From Squalus acanthias (Eukaryota), in assembly GCA_030390025.1 (NCBI GenBank), contig CM059425.1:161822001-161886000 (forward strand): a stretch of 64,000 bases of DNA, read 5' to 3'. The position numbers were made by a program, and so were the translations under genes. The notes beneath the pieces are model-generated. The model was not told where the DNA came from and made no database searches. It worked only from the letters and a program-made list of their open reading frames with translations. How positions within the stretch are numbered: position 1 is the stretch's first letter; each line of letters starts with the position of its first letter. This document shows, in pieces, positions 13,555 to 26,926 of the stretch.

Positions 13555-15912
13555 GTAGAAATGTGGTCACCACATTACAGGAAAGATGCGATTACACTAG
13601 AAAGGGTACAGAGGAGATTTACCTCCTGTTGCCAGGACTGGAGAATTTTAGCTATGAGGAAAGATCGGATAGGCTGGGGTTGTTTTCTTTGGAACAGAGG
13701 AGGCTGAGGGGAGACTTAATTGAGGTGTATAAAATTATGATGGGTCTAGATAGAGTGGATAGGAAGGACCTATTTTTCTTAGCAGAGAGGTCAACAACCA
13801 GGGGGCATAGAGTTAAAGTAATTGGTAGAAGGATTAGAGGCAAGTTGAGCGGAAATGTTTTCACCCAGAGGGTGGTGGGGGTCTGGAACTGCCTGCCTGA
13901 AGTGGTGGTAGAGGTAGAAACCCTCACTGCATTTAAAAAGTCTTGGATATGCACTTGAAGTGCCGTAACCTACAGGGCTACGGACCAAGAGCTGGAAAGT
14001 GGGATTAGGCTGGATAGCTTTTTTTCATAGAAACATAGAAGAAACATAGAAAAATAAGAGCAGGAGTAGGCCATTCGGCCCTTCAAGCCTGCTCTGCCAT
14101 TCAATATGATCATGGCTGATCCTCTATCTCAATACCATATTCCTGCTCTCTCCCCATACCCCTTGATGCCTTTTGTGTCTAGAAATCTATCTATCTCCTT
14201 CTTAAATATATTCAGTGACTTGGTCTCCACAGCCTTCTGTGGTAGAGAATTCCACAGGTTCACCACCCTCTGAGTGAAGAAATTTCTCCTCATCTCAGTC
14301 CTAAATGTCTTACCCCGTATCCTGAGACTGTGACCCCTCGTTCTAGACTCCCCAGCCAGGGGAAACATCCTCCCTGCATCCAGTCTGTCTAGCCCTGTCA
14401 GAATTGTATACGTTTCAATGAGATCCCCTTTCATTCTTCTTAACTCTAGTGAATACAGGCCTAGTCGACCCAATCTCTACTCATACGACAGTCCTGCCAT
14501 CCCAGGAATCAGTCCAGTGAACCTTCGCTGCATTCCCTCTGTGGCAAGTATATCCTTTCTTAGGTAAGGAGACCAAAACTGCACACAGTACTCCAGGTGT
14601 GGTCTCACCAAGGCCCTGTATAACTGTAGTAAGACATCCTTGCTCCTGTACTCAAATCCTCTTGCAATGAAGGCCAACATACCATTTGCCTTCCTAACTG
14701 CTTGCTACACCTGCATGTTTGCTTTCAGCGACTGGTGTACAAGGACACCCAGGTCCCTTTGTACATCAACATTTCCCAATCTGTCACCATTTAAATAATA
14801 CTCTGCCTTTCTGTTTTTCCTACTGAAGTGGATAACTTCACATTTATCCACGTTATACTGCATCTGCCATGTTTTTGCCCACTCACTCAACTTGTCTAAA
14901 TCGCCTTGAAGCCTCTTTGTATCCTCCTCACAACTTACAATCCCACCTAGTTTTGTGTCGTCAGCAAACTTGGAAATATTACATTTGGTTCCCTCATCCA
15001 AATCATTGATATATATTGTGAATAGCTGGGGCCCAAGCACTGATCCCTGCGGTACCCCACTAGTTACCGCCTGCCACCCCGAAAAAGACCCATTTATTCC
15101 TACTCTCTGTTTCCTGTCTGTTAACCAATTTTCAATCCATGCCAGTATATTACCCCCAATCTCATGTGCTTTAATTTTGCACACTAACCTCTTATGTGGG
15201 ACTTTATCAAAGGCCTTCTGAAAATCCAAATACACCACATCCACTGGTTCTCCCTTATCTATTCTACCAGTTACATCCTCAAAAAACTCCAGTAGGTTTG
15301 TCAAACACGATTTCCCTTTCATAAATCCATGTTGACTTTGTCTAATCCCGTTGATATTTTCTAAGTGTCCTGTTATCACATCCTTTATAATAGACTCTAG
15401 CATTTTCCCTACTACTGATGTTAGGCTAACTGGTCTGTAGTTCCCTGTTTCCGCTCTCCCTCCTTTTTTAAATAGTGGGGTTACATTTCCCACCCTCCAA
15501 TCTGCAGGAACTGTTCCACAATCTATAGAATTTTGGAAGATGACAACCAATGCATCCACTATTTCCATGGCTACCTCTTTTAGTACTCTGGGATGCAGAT
15601 TATTAGGCCCTGGGGATTTATCAGCTTTCAGTCCCATTAATTTCTCCAGCACTATTTTTTTACTAATACTAATTTCCTTTAATTCCTCCTTCTCACTAGA
15701 CCCTTGGTTCCCTAGCATTTCTGAGAAGTTATTTGTGTCCTCTTCCGTGAAGACAGACCAAAGTATTTGTTTAATTGCACTGCCATTTCCTTGTTCCCCA
15801 TTATAAATTCTCCCGTTTCTGACTGTAAGGGACCTACAGTTTTGGCCGGCACAGATACAATGGGCCGAATGGCCTCCTTCTTTGCTGTAAACTTCTATGA
15901 TGCTATGATTCT
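13555..15912 (+). mobile_element. CR1 3' fragment (13555-14025 plus 15840-15912) interrupted in its 3' UTR by a younger CR1
   Basis: WSPHYRKD..LERVQRRFT and LGLFSLEQRRLRGDLIEVYKI; the 3' UTR resumes at 15840 and ends in ctatgat repeats. Confidence 0.85.
14026..15839 (-). mobile_element. Young 5'-truncated CR1 LINE with a near-intact RT domain
   Basis: ORF 14705-15718 (LDFQKAFDKV, PQGSVLGP, FADD) followed by C-terminal ORF pieces broken by stops; (tttctatg)n tail. Confidence 0.95.
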
Positions 15913-18699
15913 AACTACTGCTATGGGCAACTGAAATTTAAAAATTCGATTTAGTTGTCTACAAGTACAATAACTCGATTGCACATTAAACTGAATTTAA
16001 ATAAGATATTTTTAGCAAAATTTGTATAGTATCTAGGGCTTTTATTAGGACACATCTAGCTAGGGGTTTAAGTCACATACTACCAAGCTTTGCCTCCCAT
16101 TCCAAAAAGAACACGAAGATTTAGTTTGCGCAAAAGCAGAGCTTAAATTGGCCAGAAATGCACGTTTTTGTGTTCCTCATCGATTCCTTTAAAAGAGGTA
16201 CCTCTCAAGGCCTACAGCTTTTGCTGGTTTATCTTGACGAAATGTATCATTTTCTTCAACAACTACCTACAGAGGGAAATTGCTTTTATGCCCAAGACAA
16301 TGTTAGATGCCCCCTCTATGACTTGCTAACACACCTTTCATAAACAGTGTGTGCATTAAGCCTACTTTTTATCCTAATGTAACAATTTTCAAAATATTAT
16401 TTGAATAAACCTACAAGCTATTATGCACTTTATTTTCATTTCAACTGTGCAAAAACATTCACTGCCTCCAAGGGTTAAATCAATGCTTTTTCTTTTATAC
16501 AAAGGTTATCTTTTTCCTTTCAAGTTATGCAGATATACAGTTATACGAGCATTGCAATTCATTTTGTTCAAACAATGGTAATAGTTTCCCATATGGATTA
16601 CAATTTCTTGATAGCAATTTAAAATAATTATTTTGAGATTTGATGCTAGACACCAGATTTTACAGTAGAAGTACAATGAGACATTGTACCACAGACACAA
16701 CATGGGTGTGAGGAAACTTCTTAATGACACAATTTGGCACCAAGGTTGAAGTTTGCAGCTACCGTATCCTCTTTATGATGGTGAAAATCCATCAGGGCAT
16801 TCGGGAATCTGAATCCATGATTAGGCCACTGTTTTGAGCTTGTGTGGTAGGGGAATAAGTTGTACAATTTTAGTTCTGCTTATTATACAGTGAAAATTTC
16901 ATGGAGGTACGTAAAATACTATCTCAGAGCCAAGATGAACTGAAACAGCATAAGTGATTTAGATGGCTTTCTAGACAGCTCCGATGATCTTCAGAATTCC
17001 CTGAGGTCCATCAGGTACAGTAGAAATATCATTTAGCAGAAGATGTGGCAGAAAACAGATAGCGTGATAATGCACAAGTAAAGATTTAAAATCAAGTCTA
17101 AGACACGTGTTTCTCATTAATATTAAGAATGTCAAATACAGTATAATAATCAGTCAGATTTGTAAAAAGCAGTGTTTTAGTGTAAATTGCTTAGCCAGGC
17201 AGGCTCAGAAGTCCTCAAAGTGGGTTTAGGCCTTAACTGATTAATCCTTTTACCTCACTGCCGGTAGAATCCTTTTGGAAATGTAGTTGAATCTATTCTA
17301 ACAAAACTAATTTGTCATTTACTTATCATTCTTGAAGAAAAAATCCTTAACTATCTGCATAGAATTGGAGAAAAGAAAATATCATAAAATCCTAATCACG
17401 ATGCCTAAAAATATTGTTGTAAGTATTAACTAGGACACAGATTCAGTCAAGCACCTCTTTCAGAATCACATAGGTTAAAGCTTTATCCATTTGAAATATA
17501 ATCAATTTATGTGGATTAGCTTTCCTGCAGCCATTGGAAAGAAGTGGCTTGGCCTTCAGGTGGTTCTGTGAGGCACATCAATAGCATCATTTACACAGGC
17601 TGTATCACGTGTAATGATGTGCAACCTGGCATCTGCCACTGTGCTCAGCTAAAACAAAGTGCAGCTTCCCCCGCATGGCATCCTGATTAAACAAATTAAC
17701 TGTGGTGCTGACTGCAAATGTACACAGCGGAGTGCAGGAAATGAACAGATACAATGGCCAAGGCTGCATTTAATTTTAATTAAATTTCATTCTGTAGCTC
17801 AGTTTTGCCACATCTCCAAATGTCAGCAGGATTCAGGCAAATGGAGTGACATCTGCTACATCACACATTGCCTATAAAACCTATGCTGCGTGCGCAGCTC
17901 CTGGGTACCAGCCAGGAGCACGCATATCTCAGCACTGCATCTTTATCAAAATGTAAGTTTTCTTATTTTAATAAAATAAAGCCGTACTTTTTTCCTGTAG
18001 AAGCCTCTAACTACCATACCAGTGTGATGCAGTGTGGAGAGTGATAGGAAGAGAGAAAGGTCTAGGCTGTGGTCCACTCTAAGACAGCTGTCCCTACTGA
18101 CCCATAATAAACCAATAGGAGGTGCATTCGCACTGTAGGTAAGCTACAGTATGTCAGTTTTCCCCTCTGCAGGAGATGGCAGTGCCCCAGTAATTGCAGC
18201 CCAGCAGCAAACAGACAAAATGTGCTCAGAACAGTGGCAGGTGGAGTCACTTGACAGGCAGTTCTGGAAGTCAAACATACGTGGGAGACTGAATCTTTCT
18301 GCCTTTGATACTGGACCATTAATATTTACTCTTATGCAATTACCCATGGATTCTGGATAGTGTTAACCTATAAGCAGATTTAAAATCCATTGTTGATTGT
18401 TGAAAGTTTCGCATTGCTGCTAATTTTCTTCAGCTCTCCCTTTGGGTACAAAATAAGTGCATGTTTTCCCCAACTAAGATACTCGCATCACCTTTCTTGT
18501 GTTCTTCATTTACCATTTCTATTAACACTGCTGACTATTACAACTACTTTCTTGCATTTACTACTGTGGAAATTTAGAATAATAGGTCTGAGAGACCTCT
18601 GCTGAAACTCTCTGCCATTCATTTATGTAGCTCTGTTCCTCATGCAAATGATTAGCTCACGTGAATTTACTGGATTTACGTGAATTTACACAAATAATG

Positions 18700-19100
18700 G
18701 AGTGTAGATTTATGCCGAAAAATGAAGGTGCAGCATGGCGCAAAAGCAGCTGATATTGGCGCAACCGAGATTGTGCTTTTTGTTGCGATTTTCTGTTGTG
18801 TTTTTTTTAATTTTCTTACTGAGACCTGAACTATACTTTCCCCCACAAACCCCCCCCCCCCCCCACAAGTTCAGAAGGACTACACAGCTGGAATGGCCTC
18901 CCATTAGGCATACCCCTGTTCTGCATAATAACGGAGAGGAAGAGGAGCAGCCGAGGCAAGAGGCTCTGAGATTCAGACACCATGGCAGAAGGTACTGACA
19001 GAGTGAAATCACTAGCACAGCAACACAATGGCTGGAAAATTCTTCGGAGCTGCTTCCGCTCCGCTGGCGTGACTTCACCAGAGGTGTGGCAGAAATTCCA
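18700..19100. mobile_element. Probable Harbinger/MITE remnant
   Basis: GC/CpG-rich island with TIR-like ends and a possible Myb N-terminal remnant (RQEALRF). Confidence 0.35.
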
Positions 19101-19949
19101 TTTGCTCAGCTTACAATTTTAAAAATACTATTATATGTATTGTACTAAAAATATAGTTATATATTTCATGCTTTTCTATTATTTGTCTGAATGTCGCTAG
19201 TTAAATACCCTACATATAGTGCTGTACATAGGGCATCATACACAGGGTGTCACATTTGTCACACTTTAAATATGCATGCAGTGTCTTTCCGATTGGCTTA
19301 AATAACAATTATCTATTCAGTTAACCATGCTAATTTTCTCAAAAATTTGATTGACACTAGAGAGGTAGTAGAAATTATTGGACAGGTAGGAAAAGCTACT
19401 AATACCAATCAAAAACCAGTGACCCATACAAAAAACAACTAATCAAATTGCTTAATTTTTTACTACTGGCTTCAGAAACCATCTTAATTTCTAAACTATT
19501 TGAGCATAAACCTGTAATAACAGCTGGAAATTTCCTCAGAGTTGATCCCGCTCCACTTATTTATAACATAACAAGCAAGTTGTTAATTCACACCCAAATG
19601 ACTAAACGTAAGCGTGCATTTGGATGTACGGTGCAATAAATAGCTACAACGACATTTCCTACAGGGGCTAACCAGTGTGTCAGGGCTCTGGGATTCAGTT
19701 TTTGTCTTTGCTTTTACATTGAGTTCTTGAGCTGGACTTTATTGCCCATTTGCTTCCCTACACGTTGGGCCCAATCATGCATACCCATGCATGGGGCCCT
19801 CAGTTATGCTCTTAATTTATCTACTAATTTTCTACTACAATCTCCTGTCATACTGTGAGCATATTGTTAGATTGTTAAAATGTGGTTATTTTCCCTCCCC
19901 CTTTTTTCCATTTGAAATCAAGTCTGATTGTGCAAGCATGGCATTGAAC

Positions 19950-20598
19950 CAGTGAGATTGAGGTATGACAGTCGGTTCCTGAAGACCGTGTGGTGTAGGG
20001 CCTCCTGCGACTTCCCCTCCTTCTCCCTCTTCTTGCAGCAACTCCAGGTCTGTGGCTCTCCCTTGCTGGTGCTGCTGCTCCTCTGACAGCCCCAATGGCA
20101 GACCCAGCAGAACACCCATGACAGCGGCAGCTGTGCAGAATTGTAAAGAAAATATAGCTGATGCATCTACAAAACGTAGATTAAAAATGTTTTAAAACAC
20201 ATCAATTGAAGCCAAAACCAGTCCAAAAAACCCCTAGCAGCCAGAAATGACTAACCAGAGACTTACCTTAATGGAGGTGAGGATCCCTTTAAATAACGCT
20301 TACGAAAGGTGCTTTCCGACTGTTCCCGCCATGATTTACTAGGCTTAAGAACAGACAAATCAGGCACTGGCACAAACCAATTTCCTGAATGGGTCCTAAA
20401 TCAGTGCAGGATCCCTCATTATAATAGTTTAATTGGCTCCGCACTGAAGTTAAGTAGGTGCCTGGAATGTCTAATGGGTGCTCACACCAATATGGCAACC
20501 GACGCATTTCCAGTGCATATTGGTTGCGTGCGATCTATGCTACAAATTGGCATGTTATGTACCCAAAGAAGAGGCAAAGCAAGCTACAATTTTGCCCC
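19950..20598 (+). mobile_element. Harbinger right-end fragment with transposase N-terminal remnant on the minus strand
   Basis: Frameshifted RRRPY..TVFRNRLSYLNLT; ends with TIR-like aattttgcccc. Confidence 0.65.
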
Positions 20599-20679
20599 AA
20601 TGTTTCTGTCGTTATAAAATAGTATACCACTGACTTACCATGAACAATTCCATGGGAGATCTGCTAGTATTTAAAAAAA

Positions 20680-22397
20680 TTTATTATGGTGATATGGACA
20701 TTGCTGGAAAGGCCATTACTTATTGCCCATTCCAGTTTCTTTCGAGAAGGTAGTGGTGGGCTTTCTTCTTGAACAATTGCAGTCCGTGTGGTGAAGGTAC
20801 TCCTACACTGCTATAAGATAGGGAGTTCTAGGATTTTGACCTTGTGACACTGAAGGAATGGTGATACATGTCCAAGTCAGGATGGCGTAACTTGGAGGGG
20901 AACTTGAAGGTGATGGTGTTCCCAAGAACCTACTTCCCTTGTGCTTCCAGGTGGTGGAGGCCACAAGTTTGAGAGGTGCTGCCGAAGAATCCTTGGCAAG
21001 TTGCTGCAGTGCATCCTGTAGATAGTACACACTGCTGTCACGGCATGCCAGTGGTGGAGAGAGTGGGTGTTTAACCTGGTGGATGGGTAGCCGATCAAGC
21101 GGACTGCTGTGTTGTGAATGGTGTTGAGCTTCTTGAGTGTTGTTGCAGCAGCAGCACCCATCTAGGCAAGTGGAGAGTATTCCATCACACTCCTTGCGTC
21201 TCGTAGGTGGAGAGGCTTTGGGAGTCAGGAGCCGCAGAATACCCAGCCTTTGACCTGCTCTTGTAGCCACAGCATTTGTGTGACTGGTTCAGTTGAGGTT
21301 TTGGTAAATGGTGACCTCCACTATCGTGATGGTGGGGGACTCGGTAATGGTAATGCCATTAAATGTCAAGGTGAGGTGGTTAGATTCTCTCTTGTTGGAG
21401 ATGGTTATTGCCTGGCACTTGTGTGGCGCGAATATTACTTGCCACTTATCAGTCAAAACCTGGATGTTGTCAAGGTCTTGCTGTATGCAGGCATGGACTG
21501 CTTCATTATCTGAGGAATTGCAAATGGAGCTGAACACAGTGCAATCATCAGCGAACAGTCCCACTTCTGACCTTATGATGGAGAGAAGGTCAATGCTGAA
21601 GCAGCTGAAAACAGTTGGGCCTAGGACACTACCCTGAGGAACTTCTGCAGCCGAGAACATTGGCCTCCAATGACTACAACCATCTTCCTTTGTGCCAGGC
21701 ATGAGTCCAGCCACTGGAGAGTTTCCCCCTGATCCCCATTGTCTTCAGTTTTACTAGGGCTCCTTGGTGCCACACTTGGTTGAATGGTGCGTTAATGTCA
21801 AGGGTAGTCACGCTCACTTCACCTCTGGAATTCAGCTCGTGTCTATGCTTCGACCAAATTGTAATGAGGTCTAGAGCCAAATGGTCCTGGCAAAACCCAA
21901 ACTGAGCTATTTCTCATCAATGAGGGTGGGATGTTCATGGAGCCTTCTCCTCCCATTAGTTGCTTAACCAACCACCACCATTTGCGACTGAATCTGGCAG
22001 GACTGCAGAACTTTAACCTGATCCACTGGTTGCTTAGCTCTGTCTATAGCATACTGCTCTGTTGTTTAGCATGCATGTCGTCCTGTGTTTTAGCTTCACT
22101 AAGTTGGCACCTCATTTTCAGGTACGCCCGGTGCTGCTCCTGGCATGCTCTACTACACTCCTCATTGAACCAGGGTTGCTCATCTGGCTCAATGGTGAAG
22201 GAGAAGTTAAGAATATGCTAGGCCATGAGGTTACAGATTGTGATAATTACAATTCTGCTGCTGCTGATGGCCCACAGAACCTCATGGATGCCAAGTTTTG
22301 AGATTCTAGATCTGTTAATGTGCTATGGTTACTCCTACCAATATCATCATGGACAAACGCATCGTGACAGGTAGATCGGTGAGGACGAGGTCAAGTA
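20680..22397 (-). mobile_element. LINE family B, older degenerate copy
   Basis: Colinear with 2727-5310 (VPQGSVLGP, FADD, ATRAGQRLGILR). Confidence 0.85.
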
Positions 22398-22968
22398 TTG
22401 TAAATAATAATACACTATATGTTACTCGGATATGATATTTCTGTATATCTATTTCTATAATTACTATCTGAATGTAGTCACACTAGAAAAATCTCTGTAC
22501 GTATCACGCCCAGGGTTTTACACCTCAAAGTTGTACATCATGCTTTTCTGATTAGTTCACTATCTGTTGCTAACCATGCTAATTCATTCAAATATAGCTA
22601 GGTGGGGAAAGTTATTAATCAGGAATCAGCAATCATTACAGAAACCAACCAATCAAATCCTCAACTAATTTTGAAACTTACCAAATCAAAACCAATCTAA
22701 TCTCTGATTTTTTTGTGCAGGGGTGTAGAATACTGATAGCAGAGAGGCAGATTCCAGCTGTGAAATTGGTGACATATTCAGAAAGAGTGTCAGAGAGATT
22801 GCAATTAAGGAGATTTAAATGCAGAGACTGGGTGAAAGACAATTGAAATGAATTTTCTGGAACGAGAATAAGGGAGCCTGTGCAGCTGAGTATTTATTAC
22901 TTATTTAATTTCTATTTATTTAATTAATTCTTTGGACACTCACAAGAATCACATCACAGTAAACTATT

Positions 22969-23517
22969 GGGCGGAAAATATGTGGATCCATGGTCCCTGT
23001 GTATGAGCTAGGAACCTCCTCGCAGACCCAATAAGGTTATGCAGGGTCGGAGGTAGGTTCCCCATTTTAAATATCCCTGGTAAGCGCCTGCATCAGTACA
23101 GGCATCCACCATAGCAGTGGAGTGGAGTGGAGTGGAGTGGAGTGGAGTGGAGCGGGGGCGGGGCTCAGGAGAAGCCAACCATTCCTGTAGGCCCCAGAAG
23201 CCAAGCCCGAGCAAGAGATCAGGAGGAGCTTCCGATCCCCTTGTAAAGGAGGCGATTGACTCGCAGTGTCACCCTCCAACTTTGGGAGTCCAAGCTGGAA
23301 CTAGACTGAGGCCTGGACGCCAAAGTGGGCCCTTCTGCTGACTGGGAGGCAATACACCTTCTATCACCTGGCATACTAGCCATCTGGCCAGGCCAGGGCT
23401 GAGGAAATTACAGGCTTAGGAATCTCCTCCCTCCGCCTCACCCCCTCAACCACACTCCCTTTGGCATAAGTGACCTTGTTAAGTGCAGATGGAAGTTCTA
23501 CCCCAAATTAGGCCCCA
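22969..23517. mobile_element. Degenerate MITE-like element containing a (GTGGA)7 microsatellite at 23117-23151
   Basis: gggcggaaaat start, aaattaggcccc end, GC-rich relative to its flanks. Confidence 0.45.
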
Positions 23518-24375
23518 TGGAATCTGGCGGAGGAGGTTGGGGCTCTGCATCTGGGTCCAGGTATATTTCCTGGGACTTCCACTGCACTCCCTCCTAACTT
23601 ATGGGGGAAGACCTGTAGAAATTTGGTACCTATATATTTACCACAATCAATTTTTAAATACATTAATTTAAATTTTATTTTATCATCTGCCCTTGCAACA
23701 CAATAACTTGTAGGTTTCTCACGTAGTTACTTGTAATACCGATCTTAAATATATCAAATCATTACCAGCACTGCTATTGAGGAATCCCTTGTGTGTTTAG
23801 GAGTACTATTGATTTGAAATAGCACATTTGCACCTCTGAAACTAAATCATTTACTTTCACTGTTTCACTAAATATTTATGTGCAACTGGAAATTGACCTA
23901 ATAATTTTATTATTGTTTCGCACTTACTTAATAGTAGTATTTACGATAACACTAAATAACAACTATGGTAATGTTCTCCAAACCAAGAATTTTTTTTTCT
24001 ATGAGCAAAGCCAATGTTTTGAATAAACAGAAATCATTGCACATATTCCTATCCTTTATGATAATCATCAAAATAGCACCCCAGACTACCTGTAAGCAAT
24101 ACTGTGGTAGATCCACAACTTGTGTTTCACATCTCTAAAATGGCCATCTCATCTTAAAAGTGTCCAAAGGGCAAAAAATCCTGACATAGAGCGTCACACC
24201 TAAAAATTGCTTCTAAAGTTTAAAAAATCATGATTTGCTGAAATATCCGATCCATAAAAAAAGTAACGAATCTGTTGTGAATGGAGTTGAACACTATTGA
24301 ATTGTCAGCAAACAGTTCCACTTCTAATCTTATGACAGAGGGAAGGCCATTGATGAAGTAGCTGAATAGAGTTGG

Positions 24376-24867
24376 CACTTTACAGCCTTCCGGACTCAAT
24401 ATCGAGTTCAACAATTTCAGATCATAACCTCGGCCCCTACCACATATATATATATATATATATACACATTTTATCCACCCTTTTGGTTCGTGCCTTTTCC
24501 CTCTTTTTTCTCTCTCTCCCCCCACGGCAGCTGTCTCTCATTCTGCCAGCATTTCACATTTCACACTTCTGAGCCACCTTTTGTTTCTTAACCTGTCCTA
24601 TTACCATCTCGTCTTGCCTTGAGCATCTCTTAATGTCTCTACTTACCATAGACCACCCCTTTTGTTCTTTTATTCCTCCCCCCAGCCTCCCCCTTGCTTT
24701 TTTATCTGTTTCATTTCCTGCTTTTTTCTCAGTTCTGACGAAGGGTTTCGACCTGAAACGTTAACTCTGTTTCTCTCTCCATGGATGTTGCCTGGCCTGC
24801 TGAGTTTTTCCAGCGTTTTCTGTTGTTGTTTCAATTTTCCAGCATCCGCAGTATTTTGCTATCATAT
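24376..24867 (+). mobile_element. Penelope-like element family A, 5'-truncated
   Basis: GTLQPSGLNIEFNNFRS* followed by pLTR with hammerhead; TSD tagagttgg at 24367-24375 and 24868-24876. Confidence 0.85.
24731..24766 (+). ncRNA. Minimal type I hammerhead ribozyme
   Basis: agtt-CTGACGA-a-gggt ttcg acct-GAA-acgt-t-aact; UUCG loop II and palindromic AACGTT stem III. Confidence 0.8.
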
Positions 24868-25128
24868 TAGAGTTGGGCCTAAGATGCTTTGTTAAGGTAT
24901 TTCTCCAGTGATGTTCTGGGACTGCCATGACTGGTCTCTGACAAACACAACTATCTTCCTTTGTTCCAGGTATGACTTCAGCCACTGGAGGGTTTTTGCT
25001 TTAACCCCCATTGACCTGTTTTGTTAGGGCTAGATTCCAATCTAATTCTCTGACATGTATGTGTTAGAAAAAGGGGGAAAATTCATCTGATACTCCTCAA
25101 CTAGTATGCATTCCTTAACAGATACAAC

Positions 25129-25290
25129 AGGGTAGATTTTTGACTTGCTGTCAGAGTGTAAAACTGGCGTTGCAGATTGGCTGCCCGGTTTTCATTCCCA
25201 TTGAAATCAAGTGAAAATCAGGTGGTTTTTATACGGAACGGCTAATCCACGCCCGTTTTACACCCGAGCAGCAATTTGAAAATCTACCCC
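25129..25290. mobile_element. Palindromic Harbinger-type MITE
   Basis: TIR gggtagatttt / aaaatctaccc; central cattgaaatcaa. Confidence 0.75.
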
Positions 25291-26789
25291 AATATTTCTT
25301 GTATATTGTACTGGATTCAGCGTTTTTCTATCTTACATTACTGTTGAAGTGCATGTAGATGGGTGCATGGTGAAAAAGGGTTTGTCTTTTTTAAATAGAG
25401 CAGTGCATGGAAAAATGGTATCCACTATAAAAGTGCTATAAAAGTTGAGGCTCAGTGGTGACCTTCATTTCCAATGATAATGCAATGCAGATGGTTGACT
25501 GCAGGTCTTCAGATGGCACATTTTAGTCACAGCCTCCCTTGCCAAGTCGGAGTTACAACATTCAATGTTTCTTTGTTATGTTCAAGTAGCTGACTCTGTT
25601 GTATAAGATAGCTGTTATCTGGGGTACTTTGTTCTGTGGCTTGTGCACTTCCTATGCCCCCCACATTCAGATTACCAGATCTTTCTGCTCTTCCTGCACT
25701 GAGAGATGATTGACAATGGTTGCTGCACCATTGCTGTGTGCCGGAATACTGCGCTGTGCTATTAACTTCTGTAAGAATAGGTGCATCAGGTAGAGTAGAT
25801 ATGGAAGAATGTATACACATTAAACTAATTCTGGAGAAGTTGTAGTGGTTAATCAGGATGAGGTCAGTGTCTGAATGTTGTGACTGGCAGGACTCAATAA
25901 CAATCTGTGGGAAGAGATGAGAAAGAAATGTTAATGAACGGGCATGGTGCCAGATAGTCTGGGTATTGGAAGGGAGTGTGAAGCACGGATAGAGCTATCT
26001 GTGAAATATATCAAGTAGAGATAAGAGAGTGAAGACCATGTCTCACAGGCATGGTTACTGATGTGGAAAGAACAATGAACAGAGATCAATGATATTGCGT
26101 AGGTGCCTTTAAGGGAAGACCGTAAGAACATCACTTAACGTTGTGACGTGTTAAGTAAACATACTCACATGCCCATTAGATGTAAATAGGATGCGCTGAT
26201 GTAATAGAGTCACATTAGGGAGCCATAATTAACCCTATAAAGATGCAGCACACCGAAGCCCCTTTAAGGACTTTTACTTAATCTTGCTTACGTTAGCATG
26301 AGTAGTCAAGACAACACGCTTATGATACCTGATGAGTACGCTGCACGTGAAATGTATTTGGTACCATGGGCACTTCATGTAATGTGTTGTATCAATGTTT
26401 TGATGAATAAAATATGTTAATTATACATCTTAGTGATTCCTGGTCCTCGAATTTGTATAAGGGTAAGGATAAATGACTATCCTATAAACCCAACAACTTC
26501 ATTCAGTGCTATGGTGATATTTCAAAATCTTGCCCTTCATTTAACTAACTGTGATCTAGCAGTAAACTAATTTTTCATTTATTATCATCCCTCCCTGCCT
26601 CTTCCTGTACAAATTTTCCATCATTGTCTTTTAACAAAACCTTAAGAAGCATGAAGTTTTTTAAAAAAATCTAATTACCCTGAAGCAATTTTTTCAATGA
26701 GAAGTATCCTCAGAACAGTGCAATACATGGACAAATTGTCTATTCGCACTTGTTATTGGTACTGTATCACTGTTTACAAATTATTATGA

Positions 26790-26926
26790 TGCGGAGATGC
26801 CGGTGTTGGACTGGGGTGAACAAAAATGAGAAGTCGCACAACACCAGGTTATAGTCCAACAGTTTTATTTGAATTCAAATAAAACTGTTGGACTATAACC
26901 TGGTGTTGTGCGACTTCTCATTTTTG
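26790..26926 (-). mobile_element. Ultra-short Penelope family B insertion with fold-back palindrome
   Basis: 15-bp TSD tacaaattattatga; perfect spacerless 108-bp palindrome at 26820-26927; near-identical to the terminus at 40452-40533. Confidence 0.85.

Larger units (their letters stand above)
24270..25030 (-). mobile_element. Old LINE family B RT fragment interrupted by a Penelope element
   Basis: FSYFINGLPSVIRLEVELFADN; continues after 24868. Confidence 0.7.
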
